From Mycobacterium celatum (GTDB lineage: Bacteria > Actinomycetota > Actinomycetes > Mycobacteriales > Mycobacteriaceae): a stretch of 32,000 nt of DNA. Position numbers and translations under genes: made by a program. The stretch spans positions 137,539-169,538 of the forward strand of contig NZ_LQOM01000014.1 in assembly GCF_002101595.1 (NCBI RefSeq), written 5' to 3'. Under the pieces are notes generated by a model that did no database searches, was not told the DNA's origin, and saw only the letters and a program-made list of their open reading frames with translations. Shown here piece after piece: positions 1 through 7,069 of the stretch (position 1 is its first letter; the number at the start of each line of letters is the position of its first letter).

Positions 1-184
1 GGCGGGGATCGTCGTGGGCATGCCGGAAGATGCGTGACTGGCCACCCGACTGACCCTGTCCCGGCACGCCGCGCTCGTAGACGGTCGCCGATGCGCCGCG
101 TTCCTTCAGCGCGACGGCGGTGGCCAGGCCGACTATTCCGGCGCCGATCACCCCGACATCGGTGCTTTGCACACCTGGAATCAT
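1..184 (-). CDS. FAD-dependent oxidoreductase (DAO/ThiO-like), N-terminal 61 codons only; continues beyond the left edge
   Basis: Not in the ORF track because there is no stop in the window. The reverse complement of 184..1 reads MIPGVQSTDVGVIGAGIVGLATAVALKERGASATVYERGVPGQGQSGGQSRIFRHAHDDPR. This shows a GxGxxG dinucleotide-binding motif close to the N-terminus, followed by the acidic residue and the GxSxxxxR stretch typical of DAO-family flavoproteins. Confidence 0.6.
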   Translation of the reverse strand, partial: MIPGVQSTDVGVIGAGIVGLATAVALKERGASATVYERGVPGQGQSGGQSRIFRHAHDDPR

Positions 185-191
185 CGCAGGA

Positions 192-857
192 GTGAGGCGA
201 GATGGCTGGACCGGACGATTGTGGGCCGAGGCGTCCGACACGTATGCCGCGATACTCGAGCATCCATTCCTGGCCGGCCTCACCGGCGGTCGGCTCGACC
301 CGGCGGCTTTCGCTCACTACGTGGTCCAGGACGCGTACTACCTGAAGGATTTCGCGCGGACGCTGACGATCGTCGGGAGCAAGGCGCCGACGATGGCGGA
401 CGTCGGGATGTTCGCGCGGCACGCCGCCGCCACCGTCGATGTCGAACTGGCCCTGCACGAATCGCTGCTGCCCGAACTCGGCATCGAAAAGCCCGATACC
501 GTGCCGGTTGCGCCGACGACCCGCGCTTACACCAGCTATCTACTGGCCACGGGGTGCTGCGGCAGCTTCGCCGAGGGGGTGGCGGCGGTGTTGCCGTGTT
601 ACTGGATCTACGCCGAGGTAGGGGCGGAACTGGTCACGCGGGGCTCGCCGGACTCGCGCTATCAACGCTGGATTGACACCTATGCGGACGACGAGTACCA
701 AACGCTGGTCGCCGAGGTGCTGACGCTGGCCGACGAGGTGGGAACGACGCTGAGCGCCACCGAAGAAGCTCGTGCACGGGAGCATTTCGCCACGGCGGCG
801 CGCTACGAGTGGATGTTCTTCGACGCCGCTTGGCGACGCGAAGTGTGGCCCGTTTAA
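192..857 (+). CDS. TenA/thiaminase-II family protein
   Basis: ORF 120..857. Family motifs are HPFLAGLTGGRLDPAAFAHYVVQDAYYL, LPCYWIYAEVG and ARYEWMFFDAAW. I moved the start to the in-frame GTG at 192, because the 120 start would overlap the divergent flavoprotein gene by 65 nt. The start is uncertain. Confidence 0.75.
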   Translation: MRRDGWTGRLWAEASDTYAAILEHPFLAGLTGGRLDPAAFAHYVVQDAYYLKDFARTLTIVGSKAPTMADVGMFARHAAATVDVELALHESLLPELGIEKPDTVPVAPTTRAYTSYLLATGCCGSFAEGVAAVLPCYWIYAEVGAELVTRGSPDSRYQRWIDTYADDEYQTLVAEVLTLADEVGTTLSATEEARAREHFATAARYEWMFFDAAWRREVWPV

Positions 858-2026
858 CGCTGGCGGGCAGCATCTTCCAAGAGGTCGGCGGCGCGGGTGA
901 CGCTTTGGGCGGGCGTGCTCATCTGGGCGGCCACATCGGCGGCCCGGCCGGCGTACTGCGGACTGAGGACGGTGTGGAGGTCCGCCACCAGCGATTCCCG
1001 AGTGGTAGCCGAAAACTGGCGTCCGGAGCCAACTTTCAGCTGCTCGACACCGGCTGCCCAGACAGGCTGATCCAACCAGTGCCAGAGGATCAATGTGGGG
1101 ATTCCGGCCCGCATGCCGGCGGCGGTGGTACCGGCGCCCCCGTGATGGACGACCGCGCGGCAGGTAGGAAGCACGGCGGCGTGATTCACCGAGCGGACAA
1201 TCTTCACGTGTTCGGGATGCGAAATGCTGCCGAACTCGTTGGCGCCCGCGCATACCAACGCGCGTTCGCCTAACTGCATGCAGGCCGCGCCGATCATGTC
1301 GACCAGATCCGCGAGGGACACGATCGGCGTGCTGCCGAAGCCGAAGTAGATCGGTGGCGTTCCTGCCGCAACCCAAAACAAGACCTCGTCGTCCTCATCC
1401 GTCGGCAACCCCAGCGTCAGCGCGCCGACGAAGGGCCGCCGGCCATCGCATTTCAGCCATTCGGCCGCCGGCCCGGGCAAACACAGCTCGTCGTAGGCCT
1501 GGATTTCCAGCGATACCGTGGTTTGCCGCACGGTTGTCTCCGGCAGACCCAAGGCACGGCGTTGGGCCTCATCGGCTGCCTTCACGATCGGTGCGTACAT
1601 CGAGTCCGACGACCAAATCCGGGCAGGGAAGAAGTGCAGAGCGGCCAGCGGAATGCCGTGGTACTCAGCGACATTGGTCGCGAGGGCCTGCTCGTTCATG
1701 CCCGCCACAAGCAGGTCCGCCCCGTCGGCCAGCGACGTCAACGCCGTGCTCTTTTCCAACCATGCCTGGGTAACACGCTCGGCGACCTCGGCCAACGCAA
1801 TGATCGGATTCCGCATGCGGCGAACGAAATCCGTGGCCGTGTTCGACTGCTCCTGGGTGTCCTGCCCGTAGGCGACCGCGGCAAGCCCCACCGATTTGAC
1901 GAAGCCGAGCATGTCGGGCGGTGCCGCCATCTGGACGTCGTGACCGCGCCGCAGTAGCTCCCGGCCGACGGCCAGGCAGGGCTCGACGTCGCCGCGACTC
2001 CCATAGCCGGCCAATACGAATTTCAT
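854..2026 (-). CDS. GT1-family (MGT/UDP-glycosyltransferase-like) glycosyltransferase
   Basis: ORF 854..2137. The N-terminus MKFVLAGYGSRGDVEPCLAVGRELLRRGH and the C-terminal nucleotide-sugar signature HHGGAGTTAAGMRAGIPTLILWHWLDQPVWA support the call. The start is set at ATG 2026 (MKFVLAG); ATG 2038 is an alternative. Confidence 0.85.
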   Translation of the reverse strand: MKFVLAGYGSRGDVEPCLAVGRELLRRGHDVQMAAPPDMLGFVKSVGLAAVAYGQDTQEQSNTATDFVRRMRNPIIALAEVAERVTQAWLEKSTALTSLADGADLLVAGMNEQALATNVAEYHGIPLAALHFFPARIWSSDSMYAPIVKAADEAQRRALGLPETTVRQTTVSLEIQAYDELCLPGPAAEWLKCDGRRPFVGALTLGLPTDEDDEVLFWVAAGTPPIYFGFGSTPIVSLADLVDMIGAACMQLGERALVCAGANEFGSISHPEHVKIVRSVNHAAVLPTCRAVVHHGGAGTTAAGMRAGIPTLILWHWLDQPVWAAGVEQLKVGSGRQFSATTRESLVADLHTVLSPQYAGRAADVAAQMSTPAQSVTRAADLLEDAARQR

Positions 2027-2084
2027 CGGGCGCAACATAACCCGCGTTTGTGCCGGATGGCATGTCGTCGTGTCACGATGAGGC

Positions 2085-3086
2085 ATGGCCGATCCGAACG
2101 GTGAGGCACCGAAAGTAGCCAAAGCCACGCGGCCCACGCATGCCGACGTGGCCCGTTTGGCGAGCGTGTCGACCGCGACGGTCAGCTATGTCCTGAACAA
2201 CTCAGAAGGCCGGCGTATCTCCCCGCGCACCCGCGAGGCGGTCTACCGGGCGGCTGAGCAGCTCGGCTACCGGCCCCATGTCGCCGCACGCAATCTCGCC
2301 AGCGGCAAGAGCGGGGTGGTCTTGTATGTGGTGCCGCGCGTGGCGGTGGGCGAGATGCCGATGCAGGCCGGCAGCCGAATGACCACCGACCTGGCCCGCC
2401 GCGGTTTGCTGCAGGTGCAGATTTTCGAGACCGAAAACGACCAGCACGTCATCGACGCGGTCGAGAGTCTCGACCCGGTCGCCGTCACCAGCCTGTTCCC
2501 GCTGAGCGAAGATGCGCGGGGCGCGGTGGACGCCGCCAATGTGCCCCTGATCGAGATCGGGACGCTGCCCGCCCTTGGCGATCCGCATCTTTCGGTCGGC
2601 GCGCTGCGCGTCGAGCACCTGGTCTCCCGTGGCCACCGCAACATCGCGTTTGCCTACACCGCGGTCGCCAAATGGCGTGCGCTGGGCGACTATTGGCTCG
2701 AAGGCGTTGCCCGTGCCGCGCACGCGCACGGTCTTCCGCCGATCAGCGTCGACGACGTCACCGTCGACAACGCAGCCGACGTGGTGGCGCGCTGGGTGCG
2801 TGCCGGCGTCACCGCGGTGTGCGCGCAAAGCGACGAGATCGCATGTCTGATCCTCCACGGTATCCGCGAGGCGGGACTGCGCTGCCCGGCCGACCTCGCC
2901 GTGATCGGTGTGGACGCCAATCCCATGGGCGAAATCAGCTCGCCACCGCTGACCACGGTGGAGTTCAACCCCGTTGCGGTGGCCGACGCCGCGATCGCGG
3001 CTGTGCTCAGCGAATTGGGCTATCCGGCGCCGCCGGCACCGCAGCCCACCGAGGTCGCGCACCTGATCGTGCGGGCCTCCACGTAG
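2085..3086 (+). CDS. LacI-family transcriptional regulator
   Basis: N-terminal HTH THADVARLASVSTATVSYVLNN...SPRTREAVYRAAEQLGYRPHVAARNLASGKSG, followed by a periplasmic-binding-protein-like sugar-binding core. Divergent from the GT1 gene. Confidence 0.9.
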   Translation: MADPNGEAPKVAKATRPTHADVARLASVSTATVSYVLNNSEGRRISPRTREAVYRAAEQLGYRPHVAARNLASGKSGVVLYVVPRVAVGEMPMQAGSRMTTDLARRGLLQVQIFETENDQHVIDAVESLDPVAVTSLFPLSEDARGAVDAANVPLIEIGTLPALGDPHLSVGALRVEHLVSRGHRNIAFAYTAVAKWRALGDYWLEGVARAAHAHGLPPISVDDVTVDNAADVVARWVRAGVTAVCAQSDEIACLILHGIREAGLRCPADLAVIGVDANPMGEISSPPLTTVEFNPVAVADAAIAAVLSELGYPAPPAPQPTEVAHLIVRAST

Positions 3087-3189
3087 CCTGGACATTCGCT
3101 GGTTAAGCGCATAACCTACGCCTGGCGATCCCCGATGGAACGGACGCCCCCAAGCCAAGACATCGCAATGACGCGAGAAGGGGAGATCT

Positions 3190-4647
3190 ATGACGGTCCA
3201 GGATGTGCTCGACGAGATTCGTAAACGACCGGGCACCGGCGAGGTGATTCCGATCATCGATCCCGCCACCGAAGGGCAGCTCACCGAGTTCACCGATTGC
3301 GGCCCCGAAGCCGTCGACCAAGCGGTGGCGCGGGCGAAGGAGACCGCCGAATCGGGAGTGTGGTCGGGCATGGCCGACTACGAGCGGGCCCGGGTGCTGT
3401 GGCGGATCGCCGATCTGATCGACGAAAACGCGGACATCCTCGCCGAACTCGAATCTGTCAATGCCGGCATCCCACCGGCGCAGGCGCAGATCATCACCAA
3501 AGTCGGATCCGAGTGGTTCCGTTACTACGCGGGCTGGTGCACGAAAATCGACGGCATCGCCCGCGACGTGAACACCGGCGGGCTGACCGGGATCGAATCG
3601 CACCAGCACGTCTACACGCTGCGCGAGCCCTACGGGATAGTGGGGCTGATCTTCCCGTGGAACGGCCCGGTGTTCAACTTCTGCGCCAAGCTGGCGCCCT
3701 CGCTGGCGGCGGGCTGCAGCAGCGTGGTCAAGCCCGCCGAGGAGACCCCGCTGTCGGCGCTGGTCCTGGACCGTATCCTGGCCGAGGCCGGCGTGCCCGA
3801 GGGTGTCGTCAACCTGCTGCTGGGCTACGGGCACACCGCGGGTGCGGCGATCACCGCACACCCCGACGTCGAAAAGGTCGCCTTCACCGGCTCGACCGAA
3901 GTCGGCCGCGAAATCGTGCATGCCTCCGCCAGCAGCAACCTCAACAAGATCACGCTGGAGCTCGGCGGCAAGTCGCCGGTGCTGATCTTCGAGGACGCCG
4001 ACCTGGACATGGCCATCCCGATGGCGTCGTTCGGCACCTTCATCCACTCCGGGCAGGCCTGCGTGTGCGGATCACGCATCTTCGCCCAGCGCAGCGTCTA
4101 CGACCGGGTGGTCGAGGGCATCGCCAACATGGCCAACAGCATGCAGCTGGGCGGGCCCAAGGAACAGGGCGCCATGATCGGCCCGCTGATCAGTCAAAAG
4201 CAGCTCAACCGCGTGTTGGGCTACCTCGATCAGGGCAAGGCCGACGGAGTCGAGCTGGTCACCGGCGGGTACCGGCTGGACCGAAAGGGATACTTCGTGC
4301 ACCCGACCGTGGTCACCAACGTGGACCCCGACAGCAGCCGGCTCTTCCAGGAAGAGATCTTCGGGCCCGTGGTCACAATCCTGCCGTTCGACGACGACGA
4401 CGAAGCGGTGGCCCTGGCCAACAACAGCACCTACGGGCTCGCTGCCACGGCGTGGACCCGCGACCTCGGCCGGGCCCACCGGGTGGCCAAGCGCCTGAAG
4501 GCCGGAACCGTCGGGCTCAACTGCCAGATGCAATTCGATCACTCGATGCCCTTTGGCGGATACAAGCAATCGGGCTGGGGCTACGAATCCGGCAAGGCGG
4601 GCATCGAGACCTACCTGCAAACGAAGATCGTCTGGGCGCAAATGTAG
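3190..4647 (+). CDS. NAD(P)-dependent aldehyde dehydrogenase
   Basis: 485 aa with ALDH motifs FPWNGP, ELGGKSP, the catalytic-Cys region FIHSGQACVCGSR, and EEIFGPV. A Shine-Dalgarno-like AGGGGAG lies upstream of the ATG. Confidence 0.93.
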   Translation: MTVQDVLDEIRKRPGTGEVIPIIDPATEGQLTEFTDCGPEAVDQAVARAKETAESGVWSGMADYERARVLWRIADLIDENADILAELESVNAGIPPAQAQIITKVGSEWFRYYAGWCTKIDGIARDVNTGGLTGIESHQHVYTLREPYGIVGLIFPWNGPVFNFCAKLAPSLAAGCSSVVKPAEETPLSALVLDRILAEAGVPEGVVNLLLGYGHTAGAAITAHPDVEKVAFTGSTEVGREIVHASASSNLNKITLELGGKSPVLIFEDADLDMAIPMASFGTFIHSGQACVCGSRIFAQRSVYDRVVEGIANMANSMQLGGPKEQGAMIGPLISQKQLNRVLGYLDQGKADGVELVTGGYRLDRKGYFVHPTVVTNVDPDSSRLFQEEIFGPVVTILPFDDDDEAVALANNSTYGLAATAWTRDLGRAHRVAKRLKAGTVGLNCQMQFDHSMPFGGYKQSGWGYESGKAGIETYLQTKIVWAQM

Positions 4648-4757
4648 TTCTGAAAACATTGTCGGCCAAGCAAGTTCGCTCCTGAACAGGCGCTGTGCGT
4701 TTGGAATCACGCGCACGGGTGTATAAGTAGTTACCACGTCGATTCAGGAGGCCCACG

Positions 4758-5036
4758 ATGAAGCCAGTTGCAGCCGCTGCGATCGGGATCGCCGCGCTCC
4801 TGTTCAGCGGATGCTCTGCGTCGCAGATCGTCAACACCGGTGGCGACACAAAATGCAAGGACTTCACCACGCAGGACGAGAAAAAGCAGAACGACGAGAT
4901 CACCAAGATGCTCAAGGACAAAAGTGGAACCGATCCCAACGGGGTGGAGATAACGGCAACGCGTCTGTCGGCGATGACGTACTGCCAGACGCTCGGCAAG
5001 CCCGACAGCAAGATCTCCGAGGCGCCCCACGGCTGA
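4758..5036 (+). CDS. Small lipoprotein (signal peptide plus lipobox)
   Basis: MKPVAAAAIGIAALLFSGC contains the lipobox L-F-S-G-C. AGGAGG lies 6 nt upstream of the ATG. The mature part is Lys/Asp-rich and contains two further Cys residues. Confidence 0.75.
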   Translation: MKPVAAAAIGIAALLFSGCSASQIVNTGGDTKCKDFTTQDEKKQNDEITKMLKDKSGTDPNGVEITATRLSAMTYCQTLGKPDSKISEAPHG

Positions 5037-5132
5037 CCGAAGGACATCGGACGCGCTTCCGTAACATCATTGAGCCAGTTCGCTAAAGCATCGAGATGAT
5101 CACAGGTCCATATCGATGCCTGCGGTGATCTG

Positions 5133-5182
5133 GTGCATTACGGCTGATGCACAAATCATGGCACAGTGCGCAAGTTGTGCAC
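5133..5182 (+). promoter_or_regulatory. Three overlapping inverted repeats (candidate alternative RNA hairpins) in the leader of the ANTAR gene
   Basis: H1 pairs GTGCAT 5133-5138 with ATGCAC 5147-5152. H2 pairs TGCACAA 5148-5154 with TTGTGCA 5175-5181. H3 pairs GTGCGC 5166-5171 with GTGCAC 5177-5182 (one G-U pair). H2 excludes both H1 and H3. Confidence 0.3.
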
Positions 5183-5251
5183 CCCAACGGAATTCCTTGT
5201 CGCCATGTGGGTGGCAAATACATGGAGGGGTTGCAAGGGAGGTAGCACGGC

Positions 5252-5545
5252 ATGACGGCGGACTGGGGCCACTCCCAGATCTCTTCCGGCCCGCAAAATG
5301 GGCGCATTCTCGATACGGCGCAAGGCATTCTGATCGGCGTTCGTCGGTGCAATTCGGAGACGGCGTTGCACGAGTTGCTCAGCGCAGCACAGCGTCACAG
5401 GATGCCGGTGTTCGCGATGGCCTGGGCGCTGGTGCATCTGGCGGGCAACGGCGGTAAGTCATCCCGCACGTTCGCCGATGCCCAGTCGGCGGCACGCCGT
5501 GAGTGGGGCAATCTCTTTGCCCAGCCCGCCGTGTCGCGCTGCTGA
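5252..5545 (+). CDS. Small ANTAR-domain protein (RNA-binding antiterminator-type output domain only)
   Basis: RILDTAQGILIGVRRCNSETALHELLSAAQRHRMPVFAMAWALV matches the ANTAR pattern (AKGILM...s..eAfelLr..Sq..n.kl..vA..iv). GGGAGG lies upstream of the ATG. No receiver, GAF or PAS domain is present in the 97 aa. Confidence 0.7.
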   Translation: MTADWGHSQISSGPQNGRILDTAQGILIGVRRCNSETALHELLSAAQRHRMPVFAMAWALVHLAGNGGKSSRTFADAQSAARREWGNLFAQPAVSRC

Positions 5546-5546
5546 A

Positions 5547-6380
5547 CTATCCGATCGCCGCTACCGCGTCGATCACCACCTGCGGCTCATCAAGGGCAAC
5601 AAAGGTTTTCGCGTCTGGTACCTCGATCAGCTTCGCATCGCTGAACAACCCGGCCAGGCGTCGGCCCAGCTGCGGGGTGAAGCAGCGGTCCCGCTGGCCC
5701 CACACCAGCGTGACGGGCTTGGTGAACTGGGGGAGCCGGGTGGCCACGTCGGTGAGATCGGTGGTGCCCACCTGGCGCAGCAGCGTCGCCAGGTCGCGGC
5801 AGATACGTGAATCCCTGGGGCAGGGCTGCAGCCAGGCGGAGGTGAGGTCCGGATCAGGCCGGTTGGCCAGCAGACCGAAGCCAAGTGACGAATGACGCAG
5901 CACCCGCAATTGCATCTGCCCGAAAAGCACCTTGATCGAAATGGGGCCGCGAAGCAACCCGAACACGATGTCGATGGGGAACGGCGGACACTTGTCGAAG
6001 GCATCGCAGTTGGTCAGCACCAGGCGGCCGACCCGGTCCGGGTAGGCGTCGACGACCAATTGGCAGATGCCGCCTCCGGTATTGCTGCCGACCAGCGTGA
6101 CATCGGAAAGGCCGAGCGCGACAATCACGTCGTTGATCATCTCGGCGACACCGGCCAGCGACAGTGCGGTGGGTTCGGTGACCGGGATGGTGTGCGAGCC
6201 CAGCGGCCACGTCGGCACGATGCACCGAAAACCGCGGCGCGACAGCCCTTCGGCGACCTCGCGCCACAGTCGTCCGTCGACCAGGATGCCGTGGACAAAA
6301 AGGACCGGAGCATGGGGCGAATCCTGCGGGCCCAACTCCTGATATTCGATGGTCGCCTGCTCGAGTTCGAGTTGTGGCAT
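5547..6380 (-). CDS. Alpha/beta-hydrolase-fold protein (possibly non-catalytic)
   Basis: ORF 5547..6416. The start is set at ATG 6380 (MPQLELEQ), which has AAGGAGG 7 nt upstream. VLFVHGILVDGRLW and the elbow-like TLVGSNTGGGICQ are consistent with an alpha/beta fold. Confidence 0.85.
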   Translation of the reverse strand: MPQLELEQATIEYQELGPQDSPHAPVLFVHGILVDGRLWREVAEGLSRRGFRCIVPTWPLGSHTIPVTEPTALSLAGVAEMINDVIVALGLSDVTLVGSNTGGGICQLVVDAYPDRVGRLVLTNCDAFDKCPPFPIDIVFGLLRGPISIKVLFGQMQLRVLRHSSLGFGLLANRPDPDLTSAWLQPCPRDSRICRDLATLLRQVGTTDLTDVATRLPQFTKPVTLVWGQRDRCFTPQLGRRLAGLFSDAKLIEVPDAKTFVALDEPQVVIDAVAAIG

Positions 6381-6483
6381 TTCGGCGTTCCTCCTTGGAC
6401 CTAGCACCAACCCCAATAGGAAAGCTCAGCGGCTGGTGCCAGATCCACGCGGTGAACTGCCAGATACTGCCAACGCGCCCGCG

Positions 6484-6897
6484 TCAGTCAGGATCCAGGC
6501 TGTGGCCACGGCCGCTGTGTCGTCCCGGCTTGTCGCTCAGATCGAAGGCGGCGGCGATCACGTCGGCGAGGCGCTCCAGGGCCGCGGCGATGGCCCACAG
6601 CGCATCGGTCTGGGACACCGACGTTGGCGAATCCGGCTGCGCAGAAGCGGACGCCGCGGACGTTAGCGTCGGCGGTGGCGCCGGTTGCGGCGCAGGCGGT
6701 GTGGCGTCGACGGCAGTGTCGAGGCGCGGCTTCCTCTTCTCGTCCCATTGCACCCAGTAGTCCTGCCCGCCGCCGCGGTACGCCAAGGCCCGGTGCTCAC
6801 CGCCGTGACCGTGCTCGAGGGCACAGCCATGCACCCAGGCCACCTGGTGGTCTGCACCGATCGCCGCCAGCGAGCGCCACAGTTCCTCGTCGAGCAT
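6484..6897 (-). CDS. Hypothetical protein with a His/Cys-rich N-terminal part, a Pro/Ala-rich linker and a C-terminal helix
   Basis: ORF 6484..7203. Its upstream part overlaps the signal-peptide region of the divergent secreted protein, so the start is probably internal: ATG 6897, or a GTG up to about 6927. Third-position GC is high throughout. I recognised no family. Confidence 0.45.
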   Translation of the reverse strand: MLDEELWRSLAAIGADHQVAWVHGCALEHGHGGEHRALAYRGGGQDYWVQWDEKRKPRLDTAVDATPPAPQPAPPPTLTSAASASAQPDSPTSVSQTDALWAIAAALERLADVIAAAFDLSDKPGRHSGRGHSLDPD

Positions 6898-7069
6898 CAC
6901 GCTGGCAAAACAGCGATCCGCGGTCACCGTGGCGCCCAGGTGCCGATGCCGGTCACAGCACGCCGCCGGTGTGAATAGGTCACCGATTGCCTCTCGGTCA
7001 AAAGTGGGGGATCTGCCTACGCCCGGATGCAGTATCCGCCCACCGTGCCGAAAAGTAACGTTTGTCCCT

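Noticed and set aside
540-1376. 278-aa minus-strand ORF spanning the TenA/GT1 junction
   Set aside because: It overlaps two well-supported genes in other frames. The product is Arg/Pro/Gly-rich and low in complexity, typical of off-frame translation of GC-rich DNA, and has no family motifs.
2027-2084. Search for a LacI-type palindromic operator between the GT1 and LacI genes
   Set aside because: The best candidate (GCAACATAACCCGCGTTTGTGC) has too few symmetric positions to support a call.
2202-3371. 389-aa minus-strand ORF antisense to the LacI gene
   Set aside because: It is the antisense or shadow frame of a clear LacI regulator and the ALDH 5' region. Its composition is Arg/Gly/His-rich with no recognisable domain.
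3297-4685. 462-aa plus-strand ORF (and 3103..4047 minus, 4072..4737 minus) overlapping the aldehyde dehydrogenase gene
   Set aside because: These are alternative frames of a gene whose annotated frame carries all the ALDH catalytic motifs. The products are Arg/Pro/Gly-rich nonsense.
6929-7069. Upstream 47 codons of the GH172-like ORF
   Set aside because: ATG 7070 yields a canonical Sec signal peptide. The extension has no signal character and would overlap the divergent gene or promoter.
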